Virus record (IMG/VR): IMGVR_UViG_3300048929_000691
Source of the DNA: a virus
DNA: 42,810 bases
Direction: 5' to 3' (one strand)
Position numbers and translations under genes: made by a program
In this document: positions 1 through 10,715 of the stretch, in pieces
Position numbering within the stretch: the stretch's first letter is position 1
How the letters are laid out: each line of letters begins with the position of its first letter
The notes under the pieces: generated by a model
Told to the model about the DNA's origin: nothing
Seen by the model: the letters and a program-made list of their open reading frames with translations, nothing else
Database searches by the model: none

Positions 1-1
1 A

Positions 2-127
2 GAGGGTATATCATTCGATTATGATAATCCTCACCAGGATATAATAACAACATCACCAGATGCAGCTTTAACAGATGCTACTGTAGATGCTGATGTAATA
101 AATATATGGAGTGGGGTGGGATTATAA
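2..127 (+). CDS. 3' end of upstream tail-fibre-cluster gene (partial)
   Basis: Frame 2 is open from the window start (EGISFDY...TDATVDADVINIWSGVGL*). Its TAA overlaps the next ATG (TAATG), and its C-terminus resembles that of the next gene. Confidence 0.75.
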   Translation, partial: EGISFDYDNPHQDIITTSPDAALTDATVDADVINIWSGVGL

Positions 128-1635
128 TGAGTAGAATAGATATAAATACTAATATAACCAATGTAGTTAAAAAGTACTTAACAAGTTTCAGTAAATCATT
201 AGTTTCAAGATTCTATAACAAATCTGAAATAGATAAGAAGATGGCTAATATAGATAGCCGAAGTTTAGTTGGTAGTGAACTTGATTATCTATATTGTAAA
301 TTATCAGTTGACGCTGCATTCACTGTAGGGCAGAATATACCTTTTGTCCAATCTGGTGACTCCAAAGGATTATCTATAAACAATGGAATAGTTACTTTAA
401 AAGCTGGCAAAACTTATGCTATAACAATGGGATTATATGATTCATTGGGTGCATGGAAGTTTATTTATAATTTAACTGATAGTAAAGAACTTGGAAACAG
501 ATCAGATTATATAAGAACAACCGAATCTTTTGCTATTATCAAATGTGCGAAAGACACGCAAATAACAGCAAGAGTTGATAGAACCACAAATGTTTGTGTA
601 TCTTCTGCAAGTTTTCTTCAAGTAATAGAAATGGCTAGAACTGAAGTTATAGATCCAGCACAACAAATAGATAAGGATACTGGAATACAGGATACACCTG
701 TAGGTCACATAATATCAGTTATGGGATTAAAGGCTCCAGCACATTATCTAACTTGTGATGGTAAAACTTATAATATAGTTGACTATCAGAAACTTGCTAA
801 CTACTTCTTAACAGAGTTTGGTAGTATAAATTACTTTGGTGGTGATGGAGTTACAACATTCGCTGTACCAGATATGATAGGTGAATTTGTAAGAGGTTAC
901 GATCCAACTAACTTAAGAGATCCACAAGGTAGTACAAGGGGAATTGGTAAACACCAAGATGGCACAGAGCAGACATCAGTTTCATACTGTATGAATAATA
1001 ACGCTTCGTATTTACAATTCCGTGCTGATAATGATGGCTCATTCACAAGTCCAACAAAACCAGATTCATATAAAAAGACAAAGTATTATGCAAATATATA
1101 TTCAAGTATACCATCAACACAATATACAGTTGACTTACTATCAACTTATACAGCTAGACCTACAAACGTAAACGTACTGTATTGCATAAAGTTTGAACCA
1201 ACTTATTTTATGAATTATTCACCACAATATGCTGGCTTTGACACTAAGACGCTATTTGAAAGCACAGCTAATACTGCTGGAGATTATGTCTTAAGTGATG
1301 ATATAAACAACTATCAATTTTTATATGTATATGGTGATATAAACAGTGGTTCTGATAAAAGTATGACTGTAATTGATGTTTCAGCAATAAGTTCCACTGA
1401 AACTCTTAGTTATTTTCAATATGCGAATGGTTATTATAATATCAGATTCACAATTGGTGGAAAGAAGCTTACTTATATTGATTCTACAATTGGTTCAGCT
1501 TGGACTTCATATAACGCTAGGATAAGCAAAATAGTAGGGGTAAAATCTGGTTCAATGAATGTAGAAGCTTTTAATATTACTGATGCCGAAACTGATAATG
1601 GAGTTGCAGATATATGGAATGAGGTGGGAATGTAA
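127..1635 (+). CDS. Phage tail fibre protein with tail-collar domain
   Basis: Collar motif PVGHII...APAHYLTCDG...GGDGVTTFAVPDMIGEFVRG and RPTNVNVLYCIK. Start ATG127 chosen from GGGGTG RBS and TAATG coupling. Confidence 0.85.
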   Translation: MSRIDINTNITNVVKKYLTSFSKSLVSRFYNKSEIDKKMANIDSRSLVGSELDYLYCKLSVDAAFTVGQNIPFVQSGDSKGLSINNGIVTLKAGKTYAITMGLYDSLGAWKFIYNLTDSKELGNRSDYIRTTESFAIIKCAKDTQITARVDRTTNVCVSSASFLQVIEMARTEVIDPAQQIDKDTGIQDTPVGHIISVMGLKAPAHYLTCDGKTYNIVDYQKLANYFLTEFGSINYFGGDGVTTFAVPDMIGEFVRGYDPTNLRDPQGSTRGIGKHQDGTEQTSVSYCMNNNASYLQFRADNDGSFTSPTKPDSYKKTKYYANIYSSIPSTQYTVDLLSTYTARPTNVNVLYCIKFEPTYFMNYSPQYAGFDTKTLFESTANTAGDYVLSDDINNYQFLYVYGDINSGSDKSMTVIDVSAISSTETLSYFQYANGYYNIRFTIGGKKLTYIDSTIGSAWTSYNARISKIVGVKSGSMNVEAFNITDAETDNGVADIWNEVGM

Positions 1636-1636
1636 A

Positions 1637-2011
1637 ATGGCTCAAATAAATATAAAAGATGCAATAGTTAATGTAGTAGAAAAATATCTTAAAAGTTTTA
1701 GTAAATCATTAATCACTAGATTTTATACCAAAGAGCAGCTAATGGATGTATATGATAAGAAGGATATAATAAAAAATCTTTCTAAAAATAGTAATGACAA
1801 ATTATTATATAATGGCAGTATATTATGTACAGAAGACGATTTTATTAACATTAAAGCGTCGAACATCATAGTCGAAACAGACAATGGTGAAAAAACTCTC
1901 CAAGAAATTTTGGACTCACTTTCTGATTATTCTGACGCACCTAAAGCATATTGTGGAACTGCAGAATGTGGGTCAAGTTATTGCGGAGACATAGATTCTG
2001 AGGATGCATAA
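1637..2011 (+). CDS. Tail-associated hypothetical protein (N-terminus paralogous to previous gene)
   Basis: ATG1637 after GAGGTG RBS; NVVEKYLKSFSKSLITRFY matches NVVKKYLTSFSKSLVSRFY of the previous gene. Confidence 0.7.
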   Translation: MAQINIKDAIVNVVEKYLKSFSKSLITRFYTKEQLMDVYDKKDIIKNLSKNSNDKLLYNGSILCTEDDFINIKASNIIVETDNGEKTLQEILDSLSDYSDAPKAYCGTAECGSSYCGDIDSEDA

Positions 2012-2063
2012 AACTATGCTGAATATAAACGGAATCTAATTTTATAATTAAAGAGGTGATTTT

Positions 2064-2420
2064 ATGTCATATACAGCACTTACATGGGTTGATAGATCTA
2101 AAGACACACCTGGAACAAAGCTTAATGCTACAAATTTAAACCGTATTGAAAATGGAATTAAAGATCTTTATATTGCATTAGACACTATAACAAAGAAAGT
2201 TCCAACAGAAGCTCAACTTAATGCAATATCTAATTTTTCAAAGAGCGTAGGTGATTTACAAACAGGATTAGATCAATTGAAAACCGATTTTAATGCCCAT
2301 GTTCATTCAAATGAAGCTGGTGATACTACTGGTGGAGTTACAACTGATCCTACTGCTACTACTAGTACAACTGATTCTAGCAGCACTAACGGTCAAGATT
2401 CTAACAAAGCTGGAAATTAA
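2064..2420 (+). CDS. Phage tail/baseplate-associated small protein
   Basis: GAGGTG RBS; W-x-D...GTKLNATNLNRIENGI motif typical of N-termini of phage tail/fibre proteins. Confidence 0.6.
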   Translation: MSYTALTWVDRSKDTPGTKLNATNLNRIENGIKDLYIALDTITKKVPTEAQLNAISNFSKSVGDLQTGLDQLKTDFNAHVHSNEAGDTTGGVTTDPTATTSTTDSSSTNGQDSNKAGN

Positions 2421-2454
2421 ATCAACATTAACAATGTTAAGGCAAGAGTGTAAC

Positions 2455-2490
2455 ATAAGCAGTTGGAATTATCCAGCTGCTTATTCTTTT
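2455..2490 (+). terminator. Intrinsic terminator
   Basis: ATAAGCAGTTGGA-ATTA-TCCAGCTGCTTAT stem followed by TCTTTT. Confidence 0.65.
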
Positions 2491-2535
2491 GGCTAAGCCA
2501 CGTTTAAAAATATTTTAGAAAGAAGAGATAATAAT

Positions 2536-3021
2536 ATGTTAGATATAATTAATAATGCTATTTCAAACATTAACTTTGGTGAAGTAATAACAACAGTTGT
2601 CATTGCTGCATTAGGTACTTTAATTGCAAAAGTTAGACCTTATGTAAAAGATCTATTAGATAATCTTTTTCAATATGTTTTACTTCAAATTGAGTCTAGT
2701 GAATATGAGGATCAATTTAAAAAAGCTTGTGATATTTGGAAACTTGTAGATGAAAATTTCCGCATAGGTGCTGATATTACAAAGGAATTTGAAAATAAAG
2801 CTGATTATTTTAATAATCTTCTTTTGCAAAAGTTTCCTTCACTTACTCAAGGGGAAATAGATTATATAAGACAAGTAATTGCTGGAAATGAGAATTCAGT
2901 GAAAACAACTGTAGGTTCACAAACTCAAGCTGATAAATTACAAAAAGATGATAAATCAGCTGAAGCTGCTGAAATCGACGGAGTAAAAATTCAAACTGAG
3001 TCTGCATCTGTACAAGCTTAG
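2536..3021 (+). CDS. Putative holin
   Basis: Single N-terminal hydrophobic helix (VITTVVIAALGTLIA) directly upstream of the endolysin. Confidence 0.6.
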   Translation: MLDIINNAISNINFGEVITTVVIAALGTLIAKVRPYVKDLLDNLFQYVLLQIESSEYEDQFKKACDIWKLVDENFRIGADITKEFENKADYFNNLLLQKFPSLTQGEIDYIRQVIAGNENSVKTTVGSQTQADKLQKDDKSAEAAEIDGVKIQTESASVQA

Positions 3022-3047
3022 CAATAAAATTAAGGGGGGATTTTTAT

Positions 3048-4166
3048 ATGTCATTAATTACTGGAATAGATATTTCAAATAATAATGGAAATGTAGATAT
3101 AAATGGAGCCTATAATAGCGGAGCTGAGTATATTTACTTAAAGGCTACAGAAGGAAGAACTTTTAAAGACTCTTATATGGATGGATTTTATAATCAGTGT
3201 AAGGCTGTAGGTGCTAAATCAGGAGCTTATCATTTCCTAGTAAGCACAAGCGAGCCTGAAGATCAAGCTAAAAACTTTGCTGAAAAAATTCAAGGTTATG
3301 AATTTGAACTTATGCCTTGTTTAGATGTGGAAACAAATTTTAATAATCTTAATGATTATGTTCAAAGATTTGTAGCTGCATTTTCAATGTATTCAAACAA
3401 GGAATTATTACTTTATACTTATACAGGCTTTTTATCAAGCTTAAATAATACATCTTTAAGCATGTTTAGGAAAGCATGGATGGCTAATTATAACAATTGT
3501 GAAGATTTAGATAGTGTTGCAAGTGATGCATTAGCTTCAGCAGGTATTGAAATTGTTGGCCATCAGTATACAGAAAATGGCACTTTAGGCGCCTTTTCTG
3601 GAGATTTAAATGTTTTTACAGATGGTGTAATAAGTTTAGAATTTCAAACTTCTAAAGGTACTTGGAAGCTTGATTCTAAAGGCTGGTGGTTTGAATATGA
3701 AGATGGAACTTATCCTAAAAATTCTTGGGCTAAGCTTCCTATAAAAAATAATGATGCTGATAATGTTGCTTGGTTCTTATTTAATGAAAATGGGTATATG
3801 CTTTATTCTTGGCAGCAAAAAGATGGCAACTGGTATTACTTAGGTGGAAGCAATGATGGAGCTATGAAAACAGGCTGGGTATTTGATAGTAATTATAACA
3901 GATGGTTCTATTTTGATGACTCTGGCGCTATGCAGACAGGCTGGCAAAAAATCAATGAGAAATGGTACTACTTACAAGTAGATAATTTTACAGATTCCGT
4001 TACTAATACTTCCTATGTAAAAGGTGAAATGAGAACTGGCTGGATTAATTTAGATGGAAAAGATTATTTATTATACAGCACAGGTGAAATGGCACATGAT
4101 ACTGTAATATATGATTACACAATAGATTCAAGTGGAGTTGCAACTAAAAATACTTTAGAAAAATAA
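3048..4166 (+). CDS. Endolysin, GH25 muramidase with C-terminal choline/cell-wall-binding repeats
   Basis: GIDIS, KATEG, GAYHF, LDVE, HQYT and DLN motifs; repeated WYYL/MKTGW units. Confidence 0.92.
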   Translation: MSLITGIDISNNNGNVDINGAYNSGAEYIYLKATEGRTFKDSYMDGFYNQCKAVGAKSGAYHFLVSTSEPEDQAKNFAEKIQGYEFELMPCLDVETNFNNLNDYVQRFVAAFSMYSNKELLLYTYTGFLSSLNNTSLSMFRKAWMANYNNCEDLDSVASDALASAGIEIVGHQYTENGTLGAFSGDLNVFTDGVISLEFQTSKGTWKLDSKGWWFEYEDGTYPKNSWAKLPIKNNDADNVAWFLFNENGYMLYSWQQKDGNWYYLGGSNDGAMKTGWVFDSNYNRWFYFDDSGAMQTGWQKINEKWYYLQVDNFTDSVTNTSYVKGEMRTGWINLDGKDYLLYSTGEMAHDTVIYDYTIDSSGVATKNTLEK

Positions 4167-4184
4167 ATTCATATTTAATATTTA

Positions 4185-4213
4185 TTGCATAGTCGAATTC
4201 GACATGTTAAAAT
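4185..4213 (+). promoter_or_regulatory. SigA-type promoter with palindromic operator in its spacer
   Basis: TTGCAT-17 bp-TAAAAT with TG extension; the spacer contains perfect GTCGAATTCGAC (4192-4203). Confidence 0.7.
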
Positions 4214-4244
4214 AATATAAAGAGAAGTAGCTATCTAGTAGCTA

Positions 4245-4279
4245 CAAGGCAGCTAGAAAACCTCTAGCTGCCTTTTATT
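4245..4279 (+). terminator. Intrinsic terminator/attenuator
   Basis: AAGGCAGCTAGA-AAACC-TCTAGCTGCCTT followed by TTATT. Confidence 0.75.
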
Positions 4280-4298
4280 ATTCGAAAGGAGAATTATT

Positions 4299-6482
4299 TT
4301 GACTTTTTTAAATTTAGATACCATAAAAAATAGCATTATCGATAATGTAGTAGATACTTTAAGCAGTAATGCAAGAACTGAAAATGAAAAAGAAGCACTA
4401 AAACAGACCTTAACTTCCAAAATAAAAGCCAATACTTTAATATCAAATGCACCTTCTGGAGATATAACTATTGATGCAGATTCAATAAATAATGTAATGA
4501 ATAAATTATATATTGATCTTCTTACAACTTATGGGGTGTTAAATAATATAGGAGAAGAGTTATCAAAATATAATGTAAGTTACTCTTCCTATATAAACTA
4601 TGTGAATTCACGTATAAATGAAATCAGCGATGCTTTAGAAGCTTGCAGACACTCCTTAACAAGTATCTATATGCCTGCCTATCATATTGAAAGATTTAGA
4701 ACAGCAGATAGTTTTGATACAACAAGGAGTCTTCAAAAAACAAGGTATGATGGATATTTTCCAAGCTATTGTTACTGTAATTATGAAAATAAAGAGCATA
4801 GGCTTACCTTGCCCTTATTAAGGCAGGATAATTCCTTGCGCTATGATGACAAAGTTGAAACAGCATATATTACCCCTTTTTTCCAGCTTGGCAAAGGGTT
4901 TACTAATTTAAAAAATGACGAAACCAATATAGAAAACTGTTTAGATGATAGTGAAACTGACTTTTGGAATACAAGCATCCTTTCAGATAGTAAATTAGAG
5001 GTAAGTTTTATAGATAAAAAACCTAGTGTACTTTTTGCTGGAGATGGTTATTACTATGACATTGACAATGGGGCTGTATGTGAGCTTGAAATAAACTTTG
5101 AAAGTGTAAATACAGTAAATGAATTAGTATTAAATCCTTGCTGCAATTATCCAATTAGAATAGTTGCTGTAAGATATAAGCAAACAGATGATGAAGACGA
5201 GCCCCTTACAGAATTAGTATGGCCTGAGAATGAACAAAAAATGCTTCAAGATAAATTCACAAAATCACAAGTGAGTTTTAAATTCCCAGATATTTTATGT
5301 AAAAAAATATATATTTTATTTGTACAAGAGCATTATTTAAGAAAAACTTATTTGTACAATCCTCAGGATGTATACAAAAATTCTTTATGGTTTGATAGTA
5401 AAAATAGTGTTAAGCCAAAGGTTTTAGAAGCTGAATTTCAACCTACTTATGGCGATAGAGAGTTGAATTCGACCATATGGGACAATGTAAATGATAGGAT
5501 AGTAAAAAATGAAAATAAGGATCTTGCAGCCATTATAATAGGAGATGAAAAAGATAATAGAAAGGTCATTAAATATGATTATAACTATGGTTTTTACTAT
5601 ATAAGCTGCTATAACAATCATTATGACAGAGCAGGTTTTTATGTATCTAAAATGATTGATCTTGGTAATAACATAAGAACAATTAAGCTTTATACTGATG
5701 AAATTCATCAAAGAGATAGCTTGAATCATTATATTACTGACATTGAATATTATATAGCTGGTTCAGAAAATCCAACTATGGAGGACTGGCTCCCAATACT
5801 TCCTCAAGGAGTTACTGAAATCAAATCAGAACTTTTAGAAATTACTGGGGAAAATTATGCTTATTTGCGCTTCCAAACAGATACCATTTTAAATGTTATG
5901 AAGAATGGGGTTCCTATTAATTTAAAAAAGGATAATACTATAGTCTTTGAAAAAGATTGTTCTAAAGATTCTGATGGTCACTATTACGCAATTAGAATAA
6001 ATAATTACGATTTTGATGCTGTTTATAGTGTAAATTATGTCCCTATTGATGGTTCTAATATATTAGATTTAAGTCAAAAGCTAGCAACTTCCATTGAAAG
6101 TTTTGATGGCAGCAATAAGACCTTTTTTAAACTTAATGATGAACCTTATATAGATGACACAGATAACTACTGTAGTGTAAAACTTACTGATCTTAGTAAA
6201 AATACTACAGGTACAGAAATAGAGGTCAAAAATATAACAGAATCCGCAAATCAAAGCATCAGCTACAAGAATTTTATAGGTGATGGAACTTATCAATACT
6301 ATGTTTACAAGAACATAATATATTTTAATAAGCCTATTCCTAAAAATTATATAGTAGATATTTCCTATAGGCATTTGATTTCTAAATTTAGAATTAAAGC
6401 TATCTTTAGAAGAAATTCCTCAAAGGATGGATGGCTTACTCCAATTTTAAATGAGATAAAGTATGATATTGAAACTTATTAG
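4299..6482 (+). CDS. Large phage virion structural (baseplate-like) protein, paralogue 1
   Basis: AAGGAG RBS with TTG start; N-terminal coiled coil, GFYVSK motif and C-terminal TPILNEI shared with the next two ORFs. Confidence 0.65.
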   Translation: MTFLNLDTIKNSIIDNVVDTLSSNARTENEKEALKQTLTSKIKANTLISNAPSGDITIDADSINNVMNKLYIDLLTTYGVLNNIGEELSKYNVSYSSYINYVNSRINEISDALEACRHSLTSIYMPAYHIERFRTADSFDTTRSLQKTRYDGYFPSYCYCNYENKEHRLTLPLLRQDNSLRYDDKVETAYITPFFQLGKGFTNLKNDETNIENCLDDSETDFWNTSILSDSKLEVSFIDKKPSVLFAGDGYYYDIDNGAVCELEINFESVNTVNELVLNPCCNYPIRIVAVRYKQTDDEDEPLTELVWPENEQKMLQDKFTKSQVSFKFPDILCKKIYILFVQEHYLRKTYLYNPQDVYKNSLWFDSKNSVKPKVLEAEFQPTYGDRELNSTIWDNVNDRIVKNENKDLAAIIIGDEKDNRKVIKYDYNYGFYYISCYNNHYDRAGFYVSKMIDLGNNIRTIKLYTDEIHQRDSLNHYITDIEYYIAGSENPTMEDWLPILPQGVTEIKSELLEITGENYAYLRFQTDTILNVMKNGVPINLKKDNTIVFEKDCSKDSDGHYYAIRINNYDFDAVYSVNYVPIDGSNILDLSQKLATSIESFDGSNKTFFKLNDEPYIDDTDNYCSVKLTDLSKNTTGTEIEVKNITESANQSISYKNFIGDGTYQYYVYKNIIYFNKPIPKNYIVDISYRHLISKFRIKAIFRRNSSKDGWLTPILNEIKYDIETY

Positions 6483-6493
6483 GAGGTAAGAAA

Positions 6494-8296
6494 ATGAATG
6501 GATATGAGTATAGACAAGATAATGCTGCTTTAGATTCAAGACTTAAACAAGAAGTGGCAAAAATACAATTTAAATACCAAAATGGACAGATAAAAACCCA
6601 GACAGATTATGCTTATGAATTAAAAAATGCCATTTTAGAGTTCTATAAACAGCTTGGAAAACCTACTATGAAATTTATACCTGCAGCTTCAGTTCCTTTT
6701 TATGAGGAATATACAACTATGCTTGAAAATGCAATAAATGATATGAATACTGTAATACAAGGGTGTAGCAGCAATTATGAAACTTTAAATTCCAGCAAGC
6801 AGAAAACAGAAGACTCTATAGATATACTTGTAAATAGGATTGATCAGATATCTGCAACAACTGATTTTATAAAAAATAAAATTACTGCCATAAGAAAGGC
6901 TTCAGATATTATTATTTCAGATGATTTTAGTGATGGTACAGGCTATAAAGCACAGAATTCTTTTATTGATACCTCCTCAAATGCTTTAATGCTAGGAATA
7001 GTTAACAGCCAGTCGATTTCAGATAACAATCTAGATATAGAAATTCTAAATACCTCAAATGGATTTCCTGGAAACACTCATGAGGTATATAACACAGTTG
7101 GAACTATAAATAATAAGTTCACCTTTAAAGGGGAAAACAATACTCACATTAAGTTATCTGCTATAAAAGAAAATAATGTAAATACTAGTGCAGCATCTTC
7201 ATATACCTCTACAAACTGGTTTGAATTTGAAATGTATAATATTTCAGATTCTATTAAAGAAGACACCTCCATGATAGGTTTTTCCTATACTGAGGGAATA
7301 AGATGGGTAACAGATGATGACACTCTTTATTTAAATTTAAAGTTAACCTTACAATCAGAAAACAACTCTAATTACGTAGTAATAAAAGGTGCACCTAAAA
7401 CCAATGAAACTGCTAATCCTATATTACACAAGGTAATAGTTTCAGATGACTTGGGTCTACTTCAAATTATAGAATTAAATAGAGAGTTAGTTGGTACAAT
7501 AGTAATTCCATTTTCCAGTCAAAAGGTTAAATATGTGACATTAGAGCTTATTCAAACAGAATTTATCAGCACTCAAGTATGTAGGCAGTATGGAATAAAT
7601 ATCGATCCAACTAGGGTATCAAAATATGATAGTGATGATTTACAAGGCTATGTGGAGGTTGAAGCTCCACTTCAAAGTATTGAACTCTTAGGCCTTAAAT
7701 ATGATAAAAGAAACAGAAGCATAATCTATCCAACTACTGCTAATACAGAAAACTTTTTAGATGATGCCTATGTAAAAGCGCAGCTTTTTTATAACACTAT
7801 AAGCTCTGATGGAAACTTAATAAAAAGGGAACCTGTAAATGCCAATAGATACAGCATAGGAATAAGTGCAGTTGATGTTAGATATAGAAAATATGTAAAG
7901 GTTGGAACCTATATTTCTAAGACTTTTACTGCTTCTAGTCCAATAAAACAGCTAATATTTAATTCAGAAGATTATATTCCTAGTTCCTTTAATAATTATG
8001 TCCCTGCTACAGGAAATATAAATGACTTTATTAAATATTCCATAAGCTTTGATAATGGAGGCGAATGGCATCCTATATATCCACGGCATAAGGCTTCTAG
8101 CGGATCATGTACTATCATTGTAAATTCCGACTCAGCAGTATTAAACCGTAATCCAAACATCACTTACGTGGATATGATGACTTCACCAAGCAGCTTCATA
8201 ATAAAAATAGAGCTTTCAAGACCTGAAGACATTATTGATGAAACGCCAATAGTCTACAATTACAATTTAGATATAAGTGGGAAGGAGAGCTTTTAA
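6494..8296 (+). CDS. Large phage virion structural protein, paralogue 2
   Basis: AGGAGG RBS; GTYISK and C-terminal TPIVYNY motifs. Confidence 0.65.
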   Translation: MNGYEYRQDNAALDSRLKQEVAKIQFKYQNGQIKTQTDYAYELKNAILEFYKQLGKPTMKFIPAASVPFYEEYTTMLENAINDMNTVIQGCSSNYETLNSSKQKTEDSIDILVNRIDQISATTDFIKNKITAIRKASDIIISDDFSDGTGYKAQNSFIDTSSNALMLGIVNSQSISDNNLDIEILNTSNGFPGNTHEVYNTVGTINNKFTFKGENNTHIKLSAIKENNVNTSAASSYTSTNWFEFEMYNISDSIKEDTSMIGFSYTEGIRWVTDDDTLYLNLKLTLQSENNSNYVVIKGAPKTNETANPILHKVIVSDDLGLLQIIELNRELVGTIVIPFSSQKVKYVTLELIQTEFISTQVCRQYGINIDPTRVSKYDSDDLQGYVEVEAPLQSIELLGLKYDKRNRSIIYPTTANTENFLDDAYVKAQLFYNTISSDGNLIKREPVNANRYSIGISAVDVRYRKYVKVGTYISKTFTASSPIKQLIFNSEDYIPSSFNNYVPATGNINDFIKYSISFDNGGEWHPIYPRHKASSGSCTIIVNSDSAVLNRNPNITYVDMMTSPSSFIIKIELSRPEDIIDETPIVYNYNLDISGKESF

Positions 8297-8297
8297 T

Positions 8298-10715
8298 ATG
8301 ATTAATATGCAAGAATATCAAATTAAGCAAAAAGATGAACAGTATTCCTTGGAGCTTTTAAAAGAAGGGCATGGAGCAACAAATTATCAAGTTAATAAGA
8401 GAATAACTGAATTCTTTGAAAACAAAACTCCAGGGCTTCCTTATTTTAAGCCAATTACTTTAAAGAAATACGTTAGATCTGATAAAGAAGATTATAATAA
8501 TATGTTTAAAAACATAGAACAGGACTTGAAAAATGCTTTTGAGGTATACAATACTCAAACTAACTATGAAGTGCTGATTAATGGAAATTATGATATGCAA
8601 ATGGAGGAAGCTAATCATTCCTTAGATAAATTAATTCTTCAAACAGAGCTTTTAAAAAAATATACAGAAACTAAAACAGCTTATGAGCCTTATATAATAA
8701 AATTCAATGATTTATCTATGGTTAATACACGAAATTTAATTACTCATAATATTCCTCAAAGTACAAGTGAAATAGATTATGATATATCAATTTTAAGAAA
8801 TGAGCTAAGGTCTACTCCAAGTGATAAAGTGGATATAAGCACAACTGGAACCATAAGTGTTGACAGCAGTAATGCTAAAGTTATTTTAAACAAAGATATA
8901 TCATCAATTCTAAGTGAAGTTATAACTGATATGCTTACAATATCTACAGTAACTTCAAACAAAGAGCCTGGAACCTTAACCCTTCAAATTGATTTTGCAG
9001 ATAATCATGAAGCTTCAAGAATATGCTTAAATGGTTGTAGCTTATATAACACTACTGTTAAATTATTTATCTCAGAGGATGGCACTAACTTCCTTGAAAA
9101 AAGTAATATTGATGGGGATTCAAGCATGTCTTGGAGATTTAATGCTATAAATATGAAAGCCTTTAGAATTATCTTTGAAAAAACAAGTTTTGATTATATG
9201 GATAACGATAAAGAAGAATTTTATTGCTATTATGTGTTTTCTAATTTATCTGTTTATAATGATAAATACAAGAAAGCTAGCGTGTTTACAAGTAAAACCA
9301 TAGAAATGGAGCAGCCAGTATCAAATATTACAGTAGATTCAATTCATGAACTGCCTCCACATACTGATATAGCCTATTTTGTAGGCTTTGAAAATAAAAA
9401 CGATGATGTAGAGTGGAAGAATGTTGAAGCTGGAAGCAATGTTGATTTAGGTCTCCTTACTAATGAAAAAGAAATATTAACCTATGAAACAGAAAAATTT
9501 GAGTTTTCTGAACTAGCTAGATATGACAAAATAAATAAACAATATTACTTTAAGGTTTATCCATTGCCAGATAATACAAACTTAAATTCTATTTATCTAA
9601 GAGCTGGCCACTCCCAATGGCTTATTGAAAGACTTGATGTAAATGATAGATATAAAAATAGATATATAGAGGATATTAAAGCTGATTCTAATAAAGGAAT
9701 CCCTGAGGATAAGCATATAATACATGATGCTGTTCCAGCAGATAAAGTATGTCATACAAATGATTACTCAAAAGCACGGGTTACAGATATAGCACCGTTA
9801 GATTCTACAGTTATGGATATAAGATGCGAAAGGGTAAATAACTATTTTATCATGAGCCAATATGCCATATGTGAACAAGAAACCATAATTGAAAATAGAT
9901 ATATTACCTATGATGTCACTACTGAAACCTTCAATGCAATGGTGCTTATAAATGGAAGACAAATCTTCCCTAAAAATAATAAATATAGCTTTAAATTAAA
10001 TGCTGGAGAAAATTTAATACAAATAATGGTTTTATTAATTAATCATGATTTAACAAACTTAGATAATGAGGATAAAACTAAGGATGTGAAAAAAATAAAG
10101 CACAATTTTAATTTATTAGCTTATTGCAGGGAATTATATGCTGGCCCTGAAATGCAGAGAATAAATTACAACAGTCTTATAAAAAACATAAGCAATCAGT
10201 CCTTAAAATACTATTCTGTAAAAAAAGAAGATGTAAGCAGCCATCCAAAAAATGAAGCTCCTCGTGTAAAAGAATTTAAAAATGTCATAGTAACTGTCTT
10301 TGATTTAAAAAATAAAGCTGAAAAGATTAAAGATCCTCATTACTATGATAACCTAAACCTAGAAGTAAACGTCCCAGACGTACCTATGGCTATGGGAGAT
10401 ATGGATTATAACACTAACGAAAAAGCTATGGATGATGGCCCTGGAGACGGCCCTATCTATGATGAAAACAATGACGTGCTTAAACCATCAGATAATGGAC
10501 ATTATCCTCCATATCATTCTCAAGAAGTTTATATGAACAATACTCCATACTTTAGAATGTATATTACTTATAAGCATATGCTTAATTCAACCAAGGAATA
10601 CCTTACAAATGCAAAAGGAAATTCAAACGTGAGACTTAGAATCATGGCAAAATTATCTACTGCTGATTACACAGTATCTCCAGCAATTAATTCTATAAAG
10701 ATAGTAGGTGAATAA
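8298..10715 (+). CDS. Large phage virion structural protein, paralogue 3
   Basis: ATG8298 after AAGGAG; SVFTSK and C-terminal SPAINSI motifs. Confidence 0.62.
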   Translation: MINMQEYQIKQKDEQYSLELLKEGHGATNYQVNKRITEFFENKTPGLPYFKPITLKKYVRSDKEDYNNMFKNIEQDLKNAFEVYNTQTNYEVLINGNYDMQMEEANHSLDKLILQTELLKKYTETKTAYEPYIIKFNDLSMVNTRNLITHNIPQSTSEIDYDISILRNELRSTPSDKVDISTTGTISVDSSNAKVILNKDISSILSEVITDMLTISTVTSNKEPGTLTLQIDFADNHEASRICLNGCSLYNTTVKLFISEDGTNFLEKSNIDGDSSMSWRFNAINMKAFRIIFEKTSFDYMDNDKEEFYCYYVFSNLSVYNDKYKKASVFTSKTIEMEQPVSNITVDSIHELPPHTDIAYFVGFENKNDDVEWKNVEAGSNVDLGLLTNEKEILTYETEKFEFSELARYDKINKQYYFKVYPLPDNTNLNSIYLRAGHSQWLIERLDVNDRYKNRYIEDIKADSNKGIPEDKHIIHDAVPADKVCHTNDYSKARVTDIAPLDSTVMDIRCERVNNYFIMSQYAICEQETIIENRYITYDVTTETFNAMVLINGRQIFPKNNKYSFKLNAGENLIQIMVLLINHDLTNLDNEDKTKDVKKIKHNFNLLAYCRELYAGPEMQRINYNSLIKNISNQSLKYYSVKKEDVSSHPKNEAPRVKEFKNVIVTVFDLKNKAEKIKDPHYYDNLNLEVNVPDVPMAMGDMDYNTNEKAMDDGPGDGPIYDENNDVLKPSDNGHYPPYHSQEVYMNNTPYFRMYITYKHMLNSTKEYLTNAKGNSNVRLRIMAKLSTADYTVSPAINSIKIVGE

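Noticed and set aside
127-1635. Diversity-generating retroelement acting on the tail fibre
   Set aside because: No reverse transcriptase and no adenine-specific TR/VR pair was seen in the window.
4192-4203. LexA/SOS box or canonical parS
   Set aside because: It does not fit CGAAC-N4-GTTCG or TGTTTCACGTGAAACA.
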